IMG/VR virus record: IMGVR_UViG_3300027791_000009
Coordinates: 1 to 64,000 of that record
Length of the DNA: 64,000 nucleotides
Source of the DNA: a virus
Reading direction: 5' to 3' (one strand)
The notes beneath the pieces are model-generated. The model was not told where the DNA came from. It worked only from the letters and a program-made list of their open reading frames with translations, and made no database searches. The position numbers were made by a program, and so were the translations under genes. This document shows, piece after piece, positions 44,423 through 52,638 of the stretch (position 1 is its first letter; each line of letters starts with the position of its first letter).

Positions 44423-45481
44423 ATGAGCAAGTATATACATTTTACAGGAATAGTCGAAGACCGCCAAGACCCGCATAAGGTTGGCCGTGTGCGTGTGCGT
44501 TGTTTAGGATATCATTCAGAGAGTATTCAGACATTACCGACGGCAGACTTACCGTGGGCACAATGCGCTTTACCTACGACTGCTGGTGGCATAAGTGGCC
44601 TGGGTCAGTCGCCTACCTTTTTAGTTAATGGTACATGGGTGCATGGATTCTTTAGAGATGGAGAGTTGGCGCAACAACCTATAGTGCTAGGTGTACTCCC
44701 AGGAAGACCTACCGAGTACTCTAGTCGATACTATGCAAAGGCAGGCTATGATGGTTCTGGTATCTATCCTAAGTATATTAATGAGACAGATACAAATAGG
44801 CTAGCGTCCAGTATAACACAAAGTCCGTCTCTTGTCAACTTAATTCGTACTGATACAGCAATAACTAATGTGGCGACTGCTGACTTTGATAGTCAAACAG
44901 CAGCTGATGGTTCAGAGATTAAAGGTAGTGATACAGAGGCCTGGTCTCAGCCTGCTATAAGTTATGCAGCTGTGTATCCATATAATAAGGTAAGTGAAAC
45001 GGAAAGTGGACACATACAAGAGTTTGATGATACACCAGCCGCAGAGAGAATACACTTTCGACATAAGATAGGTACATCACTAGAGTGGACAGCAGAAGGT
45101 AATCAGATTAACATAGTCAAGGGTGACTCGTATAAGATGGCCATTGGTTCGAATAAGACTTACATAGAAGGCGATAGTGATATCAGTATAGACGGTCGCC
45201 ATAAGATATACATTAACAAGAGTGCAACACCAAACAACCACTATGATATACAAGTAGGTGCTAATGCAAACCTTAATATACAATGTGATACTGGCGATGT
45301 CAATGTAATCACTAGAGTAGGTAAGGTAAATGTCAACGCAGGTGGTGATTATAACCTGAAAGTAGGCGGCAACTATACTTTAAGTGTAGATGGAAGTCAT
45401 AGTGAAACAATCGCAGGTACTCGTACAGAAACCGTGACAGGTGACAACACGAAGACCGGCAAGACGATTAACCTAAACTAA
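44423..45481 (+). CDS. 5: baseplate central spike (T4 gp5-like; OB fold plus beta helix, no lysozyme domain)
   Basis: G.VEDR.DP...GRVRVR..G.H, LPWA, YPYN.V.ETESGH..EFDDTP. Confidence 0.92.
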   Translation: MSKYIHFTGIVEDRQDPHKVGRVRVRCLGYHSESIQTLPTADLPWAQCALPTTAGGISGLGQSPTFLVNGTWVHGFFRDGELAQQPIVLGVLPGRPTEYSSRYYAKAGYDGSGIYPKYINETDTNRLASSITQSPSLVNLIRTDTAITNVATADFDSQTAADGSEIKGSDTEAWSQPAISYAAVYPYNKVSETESGHIQEFDDTPAAERIHFRHKIGTSLEWTAEGNQINIVKGDSYKMAIGSNKTYIEGDSDISIDGRHKIYINKSATPNNHYDIQVGANANLNIQCDTGDVNVITRVGKVNVNAGGDYNLKVGGNYTLSVDGSHSETIAGTRTETVTGDNTKTGKTINLN

Positions 45482-45569
45482 CCTCAAAATCCTGTAGCTA
45501 ATACCCCTTATTATATCCAGGTCTTGGCTCTTAATCTATAAATGCAATAGACTATACTAAATATATTTT

Positions 45570-45746
45570 ATGAACATTAACCTATATAAGAAACGGCCGA
45601 CTTCAGGAGGACGCTCATTACGAAAACTCTTTAAGTCTATAGGGTGGGTCTTCTTTACATTTCAACTAGGAAAGGGTCTTCTGTGGATTCTAGTACTTTA
45701 TCTAGGCTTTGACTTTGTGAATTTTTTTCGGAGTTTTTTTTCATAG
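45570..45746 (+). CDS. small membrane protein (58 aa, not in track)
   Basis: ...KSIGWVFFTFQLGKGLLWILVLYLGF...; CTAAATA late-like box upstream. Confidence 0.55.
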   Translation: MNINLYKKRPTSGGRSLRKLFKSIGWVFFTFQLGKGLLWILVLYLGFDFVNFFRSFFS

Positions 45747-45891
45747 ATAAGTTCGTATTGTCTTTCATTATATCTATTACACCGTGACCTAGAGTATTGT
45801 CTATTCTATTCACTCTTATTGTTAGGTTCATTATATCATTAGCAATGTCATCTAACTTACTCATTATATCATCTGCTGTATTGTACGCCAT
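45655..45891 (-). CDS. early hypothetical protein
   Basis: RBS AAGGA and a dedicated sigma70 promoter. Confidence 0.65.
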   Translation of the reverse strand: MAYNTADDIMSKLDDIANDIMNLTIRVNRIDNTLGHGVIDIMKDNTNLSMKKNSEKNSQSQSLDKVLESTEDPFLVEM

Positions 45892-45926
45892 AGTTGCATA
45901 TCCTTTTGTTTGGTTGTTATGTGTCT

Positions 45927-45955
45927 ATTGTACTACATTGTCGGACATTTGTCAA
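45927..45955 (-). promoter_or_regulatory. sigma70-type promoter
   Basis: TTGACA-N17-TACAAT on the minus strand. Confidence 0.75.
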
Positions 45956-46037
45956 GCGTTTTCTTTTGACGAAGTAGTATACGCTAGCAGTTGACATTCT
46001 TATACATAAGTGTGTTGAAACTCCAGAGTACCAGCTA

Positions 46038-46095
46038 TAGAGAGCGTGGCGACACATAGAGAAATATAGAGAACATTTAGAGAACACTCGGAGAC
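46038..46095 (+). repeat. helically phased TAGAGAR repeats
   Basis: TAGAGAG 46038; TAGAGAA at 46057, 46067, 46078. Confidence 0.7.
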
Positions 46096-46191
46096 TAATC
46101 AACTAATAGGGAGAGGGCGACTCTTTGTATCGAAGTTATAGGGGCGAATACTCTATGATATCTCTTTGTTTAGTTTTATGTAAGTCTCTTG

Positions 46192-46199
46192 TATAAATA
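46192..46199 (+). promoter_or_regulatory. T4-type late promoter
   Basis: TATAAATA. Confidence 0.8.
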
Positions 46200-46204
46200 T
46201 TACT

Positions 46205-46260
46205 ATTCGTTCAACCAGACAATGGTCGGAAGTAAGGCAATCGCCTGAAGGAACGCACCT
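46205..46260 (+). promoter_or_regulatory. glutamine riboswitch (glnA RNA motif)
   Basis: P1 CGTTC/GAACG, P2 ACCA/TGGT, CGGAAGTA...GAA E-loop, P3 AGGC/GCCT. Confidence 0.9.
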
Positions 46261-46282
46261 AACTTTAATAGAGGAGGGTGTT

Positions 46283-46477
46283 ATGAACAGACATACTTAT
46301 TTACTCTCCACTTATAGCAAGAAGAAAGAAATAGAGCGTAAGGAAAAAGCGCTTTGTGCTTCTCGTAAAGAAGTGGATATAAATGGTAACGGTACTTCTG
46401 GTTACACTATTTCCAATGGTGTGAACAAAGGCAAAGTACTTGGACATAAAATCGTAAAATCAAACAATAAGATTTGA
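46283..46477 (+). CDS. small basic protein under riboswitch control
   Basis: RBS GAGGAGG downstream of the riboswitch. Confidence 0.75.
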   Translation: MNRHTYLLSTYSKKKEIERKEKALCASRKEVDINGNGTSGYTISNGVNKGKVLGHKIVKSNNKI

Positions 46478-46494
46478 TAGCAAAATCTAGTTTT

Positions 46495-46515
46495 GGGGAG
46501 GCGTTAAGTCTCCCC
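46495..46515 (+). terminator. hairpin, possible bidirectional terminator
   Basis: GGGGAGGC-gttaa-GTCTCCCC with T-tract upstream. Confidence 0.6.
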
Positions 46516-46526
46516 TAAATAGTAGT

Positions 46527-46853
46527 ATGAGTAATTTAATTAATTTAACAGACAACGCAAAAGCACATCTTGCTGAATTGACTTCTTCACATAATAAAGA
46601 TTATGTTCGTTTAGAAGTTAAAGGTGGTGGTTGTGCAGGTTTTAAATACGATTGGAAGTTTGAAGACTCTCCAGATGAAGACGATACCGTCTTTGAGGAG
46701 GATAACTTTAAACTACTTGTTGCAAAATCTAACTTACTCTATTTAAGTGGCATGACCATAGAATATCGAAAAGAGATATTTGGGTCATTTTTAGAATTAA
46801 AAAATCCCAACGCAACATCAAGTTGTGGTTGTGGTGAAAGTTTTGGAGTATAA
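46527..46853 (+). CDS. iscA: A-type Fe-S carrier (IscA/HesB family)
   Basis: KGGGCAG.Y, NPNA.SSCGCGESF. Confidence 0.93.
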   Translation: MSNLINLTDNAKAHLAELTSSHNKDYVRLEVKGGGCAGFKYDWKFEDSPDEDDTVFEEDNFKLLVAKSNLLYLSGMTIEYRKEIFGSFLELKNPNATSSCGCGESFGV

Positions 46854-46854
46854 A

Positions 46855-47100
46855 ATGAATGTAGACAGACTGAAAGCAGAAGACGAGCTTTATTATAATC
46901 GTGTTCCTATGAATAAAGATTATCAGTATCAAATGGAATTATTAAAGAAACAACTACAAATGATATTAGATGATGAACGAGGACCTAACGATTTAGATAA
47001 GAAGATAGCAATATTAGAAAAACAAAATCTTGTTTTACAAATTAAAAACAAGTTTCTTTTAGACACATTAAAAGAACACAGCATATTGACACTAGATTAA
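46855..47100 (+). CDS. coiled-coil hypothetical protein
   Basis: ATG after GGAG; heptads. Confidence 0.65.
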   Translation: MNVDRLKAEDELYYNRVPMNKDYQYQMELLKKQLQMILDDERGPNDLDKKIAILEKQNLVLQIKNKFLLDTLKEHSILTLD

Positions 47101-47114
47101 TTCTTTGTTATAAT
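47086..47114 (+). promoter_or_regulatory. sigma70-type promoter
   Basis: TTGACA-N17-TATAAT. Confidence 0.8.
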
Positions 47115-47143
47115 AAGTGTGTTAAAGAAAAGAGAATTAGATA

Positions 47144-47941
47144 ATGACTAAACATAGAGAAAACACCGTACTACCACAAATGGTTCATCCGTCTATTAAT
47201 GGCGAGGTCTTATATCCATTTGGTCCACCAGTCTATCGTTGTGAACTAGACGAGAAGATTGTTGATATGTTGATTGAAGAAGGTCAGCGTACAAGAGACG
47301 ATAAAAAACTAGACCACAGAGACCAACTTGCTGGCAACATGAAACAAGGCACAAGTATTCTTTATCCGTTTAATAACGGTAACAACAAAATCAGAAATCA
47401 AGCAGACCAAGCAATAGTACAAAAAGTATTTGAATTTTTTGAGATACTACAATCTAACTATGGCGAAGGTTGGCCTAACATATCAAATATGATGATGGGA
47501 CAATCTGGTGGTATGGGTGCATTACGATTACAACAATTGTGGATTAACTTCCAACAAGCAGGTGATTATAATCCATTACATGACCATACAGGTCTTTTTA
47601 GTTTTGTTATCTTTGGTGATATAGATGAAGACATCTTTACAGAAGGTGTGCCTGTGACTAACGCTAATAGTGCTGGTCAAATAGTATTTCATTATGGCGA
47701 AAAGATATCTCAATTACAAATGAATAGTTTTGGTCTTAAACCATATAAAGGTTTGATGTTAGTTTTCCCAGCTGCATTAGAACATATGGTTGGTTCATAT
47801 TGGAAAGACTTTGAAAGAATTAGTATAAGTGGTAACTATGTACTAGAACAAAATGTACAAAAACAAAATGTCAATCCTGTTAAATTAGATTTACAAGATG
47901 ATAATATACCAAACATGATAATGAAAGACCCAACAGAGTGA
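47144..47941 (+). CDS. 2OG-Fe(II) oxygenase
   Basis: WINFQ..GDYNPLHDH, FPA.L.H.V, RISISGN. Confidence 0.88.
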   Translation: MTKHRENTVLPQMVHPSINGEVLYPFGPPVYRCELDEKIVDMLIEEGQRTRDDKKLDHRDQLAGNMKQGTSILYPFNNGNNKIRNQADQAIVQKVFEFFEILQSNYGEGWPNISNMMMGQSGGMGALRLQQLWINFQQAGDYNPLHDHTGLFSFVIFGDIDEDIFTEGVPVTNANSAGQIVFHYGEKISQLQMNSFGLKPYKGLMLVFPAALEHMVGSYWKDFERISISGNYVLEQNVQKQNVNPVKLDLQDDNIPNMIMKDPTE

Positions 47942-48017
47942 AAGAAACTTTAAAAACAATTGGTCTTGTGTGTCTTGCATTACTAAACAGGTTATTAAAA
48001 TTTATAGGAAAGTTTTT

Positions 48018-48311
48018 ATGATTACGAAAGAAGAACACGAAGAAACAATTAGAAAAATTAAGTTTCATCTAGCAGATAAAGTAGCACCTAGTGTTGCAGC
48101 TCACAATGGTAAGATTGAGTATATTTCGTTTGATGAAGATGGCACATTAAAGTTATTAATGGCAGGTAGTTGTGCTGGGTGTGCAATGTCTCAACTAACT
48201 CTCAAACAGGGAGTTGAAAGTATGATGAAACATTATTGTCCAGAAGTTTTGAATATAATATCAGAAGATGATACTACAGCTGCTGAACAAGGTTACACAC
48301 CATTTGCATAA
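48018..48311 (+). CDS. NifU/NfuA C-terminal domain Fe-S protein
   Basis: V.P.V..HNG.I, GSCAGC.MS..TLKQGVE. Confidence 0.9.
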   Translation: MITKEEHEETIRKIKFHLADKVAPSVAAHNGKIEYISFDEDGTLKLLMAGSCAGCAMSQLTLKQGVESMMKHYCPEVLNIISEDDTTAAEQGYTPFA

Positions 48312-48312
48312 G

Positions 48313-48591
48313 TTAAGCGGCAAGTTTCATTAAAGAGTAAGGTACGGTCCATTTACCACGACCTTCTTCCATAACAACTGCTTTCTTCGGATTGCATTTA
48401 ACAATCACACCAAAGTGCTTTGCACCTTTAGGACGACCAAACACAACTTTAGTACCAACACTAAATTGGTCTAAAGAAGTTTGATTTGCTTTCGCAATCG
48501 CAGCTTCCAAGATGAATAGATGTTCTTTGTGAGAAGGTTCTCGTATCCATTCAAGTATTAAATTCATATCGTTAAATTTCAAAGTTTTCAT
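48313..48591 (-). CDS. early hypothetical protein with SH3-like C-terminus
   Basis: FSVGTKVVF...G.IVK.NPKKA.V...W.VPYS. Confidence 0.7.
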   Translation of the reverse strand: MKTLKFNDMNLILEWIREPSHKEHLFILEAAIAKANQTSLDQFSVGTKVVFGRPKGAKHFGVIVKCNPKKAVVMEEGRGKWTVPYSLMKLAA

Positions 48592-48611
48592 AATATAGTC
48601 TCCCGTTTGGT

Positions 48612-48971
48612 TTATTTTAAGTATAAAGGACCGGTCCATCTGATTGGGTAATTACCCTCTAGGACATTTCCTCTAGGTTGATTTAAAGCAGGTGCATTAT
48701 AACCGGCAGGTTTCAATACATCACCTTTTTTAAAATGTTTAAAATCTGTTTTACAGATAAAAGCAAAGACAGAATTTTCTCGTACAATTTTAATGTACTT
48801 AGGTCCTTCTTTAACTTTAATTTTAGAATCCCACTCATCAAGCTGTTGTTGAGCCCAAGAAGACATACCGTCTCCTTTTGTTGACCAACCGCTGTAGTCT
48901 TCTTTGGCAGCAGCCATCATATTCTTAATACCGTCTTGTAGTGTTTCGGCAGTTTTAGTAATCATAGTCAT
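48612..48971 (-). CDS. conserved marine-phage early protein
   Basis: G.KYIKI, KGDVLKPA...APALN..RGN. Confidence 0.75.
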   Translation of the reverse strand: MTMITKTAETLQDGIKNMMAAAKEDYSGWSTKGDGMSSWAQQQLDEWDSKIKVKEGPKYIKIVRENSVFAFICKTDFKHFKKGDVLKPAGYNAPALNQPRGNVLEGNYPIRWTGPLYLK

Positions 48972-48972
48972 A

Positions 48973-49149
48973 TTATTGTCCTTCTTTTTGTGTTAATAGA
49001 GTTATTATACCACATATTATCATTGATGTCAAGCAAAATCCGAATAAAATCCAGTTTTCTTGTCCTAAACAAGAACCTCCGCAATCTTCAATTGAACCAA
49101 CTGCCATAATGGCAGAAAGTATAGTTATCATAGCAAAAAATGTACTCAT
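48973..49149 (-). CDS. small 2-TM protein
   Basis: RBS GAGG; two hydrophobic helices around DCGGSC. Confidence 0.65.
   Translation of the reverse strand: MSTFFAMITILSAIMAVGSIEDCGGSCLGQENWILFGFCLTSMIICGIITLLTQKEGQ
49004..49032 (-). promoter_or_regulatory. sigma70-type promoter
   Basis: TTGACA-N17-TATAAT on the minus strand. Confidence 0.75.
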
Positions 49150-49187
49150 AGTGTTTTGTCCTCTCTTTTTTGTTAACTTATACATAC

Positions 49188-49229
49188 ATAATACAACACT
49201 TATCAATCAATGTCAAGCAAAAAACGAGC
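49188..49229 (-). promoter_or_regulatory. sigma70-type promoter with extended upstream box
   Basis: GCTCGTTTTTTGC-TTGACA-N17-TATTAT on the minus strand. Confidence 0.8.
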
Positions 49230-49232
49230 AAA

Positions 49233-49424
49233 ATGCCAAAAAAAACACATTTTTCTTACTTTTTTTTACTTTGTTCGCTTTTTGTTCTTACAAATTGCTC
49301 AATCAAGGTAGAAAAATGTAAATTTACGCCAGATTACAAAAAAATTAGCGAATCAATTGAAAACGGAATACGAAATGACCGAGAAATTGAAGTAAGAGCA
49401 GGTAATTTTGCGTGTCCTTTTTAA
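49233..49424 (+). CDS. small lipoprotein candidate
   Basis: LTNC lipobox-like motif; no clear RBS. Confidence 0.45.
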   Translation: MPKKTHFSYFFLLCSLFVLTNCSIKVEKCKFTPDYKKISESIENGIRNDREIEVRAGNFACPF

Positions 49425-49457
49425 AAATCAACTAAATATACTTAACAAAAGGATTTT

Positions 49458-49607
49458 ATGGCATTACAGAAGCTCGGTACGAGTGGCTATAACAAACCTA
49501 AGGGAAAAAAGTCTTCCCAAGGGGTTAGAAAAAAGATGATTAAGAAATCATCAATGAATAAGAGTAAAAAAAGAAGTTGGAAAGCGTATAACGGTCAGGG
49601 AAAATAG
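49458..49607 (+). CDS. very basic 49-aa peptide (not in track)
   Basis: ...KKSSQG...MNKSKKRSWKAYNGQGK; RBS AAGGA; CTAAATA upstream. Confidence 0.75.
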   Translation: MALQKLGTSGYNKPKGKKSSQGVRKKMIKKSSMNKSKKRSWKAYNGQGK

Positions 49608-49816
49608 TGGAAGGTAAATTTGTTGTCAAAATTAACAATAATCTCCACACCTATACTCAATATGATGAAATTCCTAATGAGATAGGTGCGGTCATATCTT
49701 TTGAGCCTAATTATCCTACTCCACCACATACAGAAGAAGAACATAATTACATAGAAACCTTTAACAACAAATTAAAACAATTAATGGAGAGAGAATGCCT
49801 GCGGTTACGAGGATAG
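49607..49816 (+). CDS. conserved small protein upstream of PAAR
   Basis: IP......ISFEP..P.PPHTEEEH. Confidence 0.7.
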   Translation: MEGKFVVKINNNLHTYTQYDEIPNEIGAVISFEPNYPTPPHTEEEHNYIETFNNKLKQLMERECLRLRG

Positions 49817-50082
49817 GAGACGCTGATGTTGCTCATTGTTCAGGAATGTCAAGAGCAGTCGGTAGTCCAAATGTCAATGCTAACGGTATAGCAGTTAGTA
49901 GACAGGGAGATGTTAATACAACTCACTTACTACCTGGTGTGCCTTGTCCTGCCCATGCTGCCCCTATAGCGAGTGGTAGTAGTACGGTGTTCATTAATGG
50001 TAAAGGTTGTGGTCGTGTTGGTGATGGTATTTCAGGTTGTACGAGTGTAGCCGCAGGAAGTCCAAATGTCTTTGCTGGTTAG
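49795..50082 (+). CDS. PAAR-repeat spike tip (T4 gp5.4-like)
   Basis: MPAVTRIGD, GSPNV, R.GD repeats, His/Cys metal ligands. Confidence 0.92.
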   Translation: MPAVTRIGDADVAHCSGMSRAVGSPNVNANGIAVSRQGDVNTTHLLPGVPCPAHAAPIASGSSTVFINGKGCGRVGDGISGCTSVAAGSPNVFAG

Positions 50083-50084
50083 TG

Positions 50085-50092
50085 TATAAATA
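50085..50092 (+). promoter_or_regulatory. T4-type late promoter
   Basis: TATAAATA. Confidence 0.8.
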
Positions 50093-50111
50093 TTAGTACA
50101 AAGGAAAAACT

Positions 50112-50537
50112 ATGGCATTCTACGATTCAAAAGCAAGTACAAGTAAGAAAAGAGTAAACAGGATTTATTCTGATTTAGACCTTGATTTCACAAGAAATCC
50201 GGTTACAGGAGATGTGGTAAAACTTGTTGATGTAGACGCTGTTAAAAGAAGTGTAAAGAATTTAATACAGACAAATCATTATGAGAGACCTTTTCATCCA
50301 GAAATAGGAAGTGATGTAAGAGCATTGTTGTTTGAACTTATGACACCTTTGACTGCTCTTAATTTAGAAAGAAAAGTTGCTGAGGTTCTACTTAATTTTG
50401 AACCAAGAGCAAGTATAGAAAGTATCATTGCGGCTCCAGACATTGACGCAAATAGATATCATTTACAAATCAGTTTCTATGTTGTTGGTATTCAATCACC
50501 AATCATTGTTGAAACATTTTTACAGAGGTTAAGATAA
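50112..50537 (+). CDS. 25: baseplate wedge protein (T4 gp25)
   Basis: YSDLDLDF..NPVT.D, AVKRSV.NL..T...ERPF.P..GS, FEPR. Confidence 0.93.
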   Translation: MAFYDSKASTSKKRVNRIYSDLDLDFTRNPVTGDVVKLVDVDAVKRSVKNLIQTNHYERPFHPEIGSDVRALLFELMTPLTALNLERKVAEVLLNFEPRASIESIIAAPDIDANRYHLQISFYVVGIQSPIIVETFLQRLR

Positions 50538-50770
50538 TGGCGTGGGTAACGGTACCAGGAAGTAATTCATTATGGCAATATGAAAACACAGCTACGGCTG
50601 CAAATACATATTCCGATTCAGCAGATGGCGCTAATTCAGTAATCGCAAACGGAATTAGAACATATACTAAACCAGGTGGCGGTACGGTAGCAACATATAT
50701 TAGATGTAGAAAAACAGGTCAAACACAAGAGAGTGGTGAGTTATCAAAAACTTACTATGACGCACAATAG
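50537..50770 (+). CDS. small hypothetical structural protein
   Basis: Coupled ORF in the baseplate operon. Confidence 0.7.
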   Translation: MAWVTVPGSNSLWQYENTATAANTYSDSADGANSVIANGIRTYTKPGGGTVATYIRCRKTGQTQESGELSKTYYDAQ

Positions 50771-50780
50771 GAAATAAAAA

Positions 50781-52634
50781 ATGGCAAGTACCAAACTAGA
50801 TATTACTGAACTGGATTTTGACCAGATAAAAACAAATTTAAAAGTATTTTTACAAGCACAACCTGAATTTTCAGACTACAACTTTGAAGGTAGTGGTTTT
50901 GCTGTACTACTAGACTTACTTGCTTACAATACACACTATTTAGGTTTCAATGCTAATATGTTAGCAAACGAAATGTATTTGGATTCTGCTGATGTTAGAG
51001 CAAACATTGTTTCATTAGCAAAGATGTTAGGTTATACTCCTCATTCGGTAAAAGCACCAATGGCTTCAATTGACATTGTAGTTAATGACGCAAGAGGTAC
51101 AACACTAACTATGAGTAAAGGTTCTGTATTTACAACTTCTGTAGACGGAACAACTTATAACTTTATTACTAATACAGATACTACAACTTCACCAGTTGAT
51201 GGTATTTACAAATTTTCTAGTGTACCAGTTTACGAAGGTACACCTGTAACCTTTAGATATACGGTTGACACACTAGACCCAGACCAAAAATATCTAATAC
51301 CTAGTATTGACGCTGATACAACAACATTAAAAATTAAAGTACAAAAAAGTTTAACAAATACAGATTCAGAAACATACACAAGTGTTTCTGGATTGTTAAA
51401 ATTAAATAACAAAAGTAAAATATACTTCTTGTCTGAAACAGATACAGGTAAGTTTGAAGTTAAATTTGGTGATGGTATTATAGGTAAGAAATTAGAAAGT
51501 GGTAACATTATTATTATGGAGTACATTGTTACCAACAAAACAGACTCTAACGGTGCAAACTTATTTAATCCTGCAGGGAGTATCGGTGGCTTCTCTAATA
51601 TAACGGTTACAACCGTATCAGCTGCAGGTGGTGGTTCATCAGCAGAAACAAAAGAGAGTATTCGTTTCAATGCACCTCTACAATATACAGCACAAGACAG
51701 AGCGGTTACTACTTCTGATTACGAAACAAAAGTAATGTCAATTTATCCTAACGCACAATCAGTTAGTGCTTGGGGTGGAGAAGATGATGAGACACCAGTT
51801 TATGGTATTGTAAAAATTGCAATCAAACCTATGAGCGGTTCTTCATTAACAACACAATCTAAATCAGATATCATAAAACAATTAAAAGAATATAATGTTG
51901 CTTCAGTTTCACCTGTTATTGTGGATCCTGAAATCACAAGTATTGTTTTAACTTCAACTGCAAAGTATGACGAAAGAGCAACAACAAAAGACTCTGCAAC
52001 AATTAAAGCAAACATCATTACTTTATTAGGTACTTACAATGTATCTACACTACAAAAATTCGATAGTATGTTTAGACATTCTAAAGTCGTTAAACTAATT
52101 GACGATACAGACAATAGTATACTATCTAACACAACAACACTAAAGATAAGAAAATCATTTACACCTACTTTAAATTCATCTTTGAAGTATAGTGTATTCT
52201 TTAGAAATGCTGTTTACAATCCACATACTAGTCATAACTCAACTGCTGGTGGTGTTGTTTCATCATCTGGTTTTAAAATACAAGGTTCTACTAACGAACA
52301 ACTTTTAGATGATGACGGTAATGGTAACATAAGAAGATATTATCTATCAGGTGCGACTAGAGTTTATACTAACTCAACACAAGGCACGATTGATTACACA
52401 ACTGGTGAGATTACAATTAACTCACTACAGATTACAGAAATTTCAAATATAAGAGGGAGTGCTTCAACGGTGATAGAACTGACCGTGCAACCTGCTTCAA
52501 ATGACATTGTTCCTGTTAGAGACCAAATTTTAGAGTTAGATATTCCTAATTCAACAATTTCGGTTGACAAGGATTCCTTTGTCGGTGGAAGCTCGGATGC
52601 CGGTGTTGGTTATACTACCACTTCAGCATATTAA
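50781..52634 (+). CDS. 6: baseplate wedge protein (T4 gp6)
   Basis: LDFDQIK..L, DYNFEGS, LAYNTHY, FGDG..G, Q.RAVT..DY. Confidence 0.95.
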   Translation: MASTKLDITELDFDQIKTNLKVFLQAQPEFSDYNFEGSGFAVLLDLLAYNTHYLGFNANMLANEMYLDSADVRANIVSLAKMLGYTPHSVKAPMASIDIVVNDARGTTLTMSKGSVFTTSVDGTTYNFITNTDTTTSPVDGIYKFSSVPVYEGTPVTFRYTVDTLDPDQKYLIPSIDADTTTLKIKVQKSLTNTDSETYTSVSGLLKLNNKSKIYFLSETDTGKFEVKFGDGIIGKKLESGNIIIMEYIVTNKTDSNGANLFNPAGSIGGFSNITVTTVSAAGGGSSAETKESIRFNAPLQYTAQDRAVTTSDYETKVMSIYPNAQSVSAWGGEDDETPVYGIVKIAIKPMSGSSLTTQSKSDIIKQLKEYNVASVSPVIVDPEITSIVLTSTAKYDERATTKDSATIKANIITLLGTYNVSTLQKFDSMFRHSKVVKLIDDTDNSILSNTTTLKIRKSFTPTLNSSLKYSVFFRNAVYNPHTSHNSTAGGVVSSSGFKIQGSTNEQLLDDDGNGNIRRYYLSGATRVYTNSTQGTIDYTTGEITINSLQITEISNIRGSASTVIELTVQPASNDIVPVRDQILELDIPNSTISVDKDSFVGGSSDAGVGYTTTSAY

Positions 52635-52638
52635 TTAA

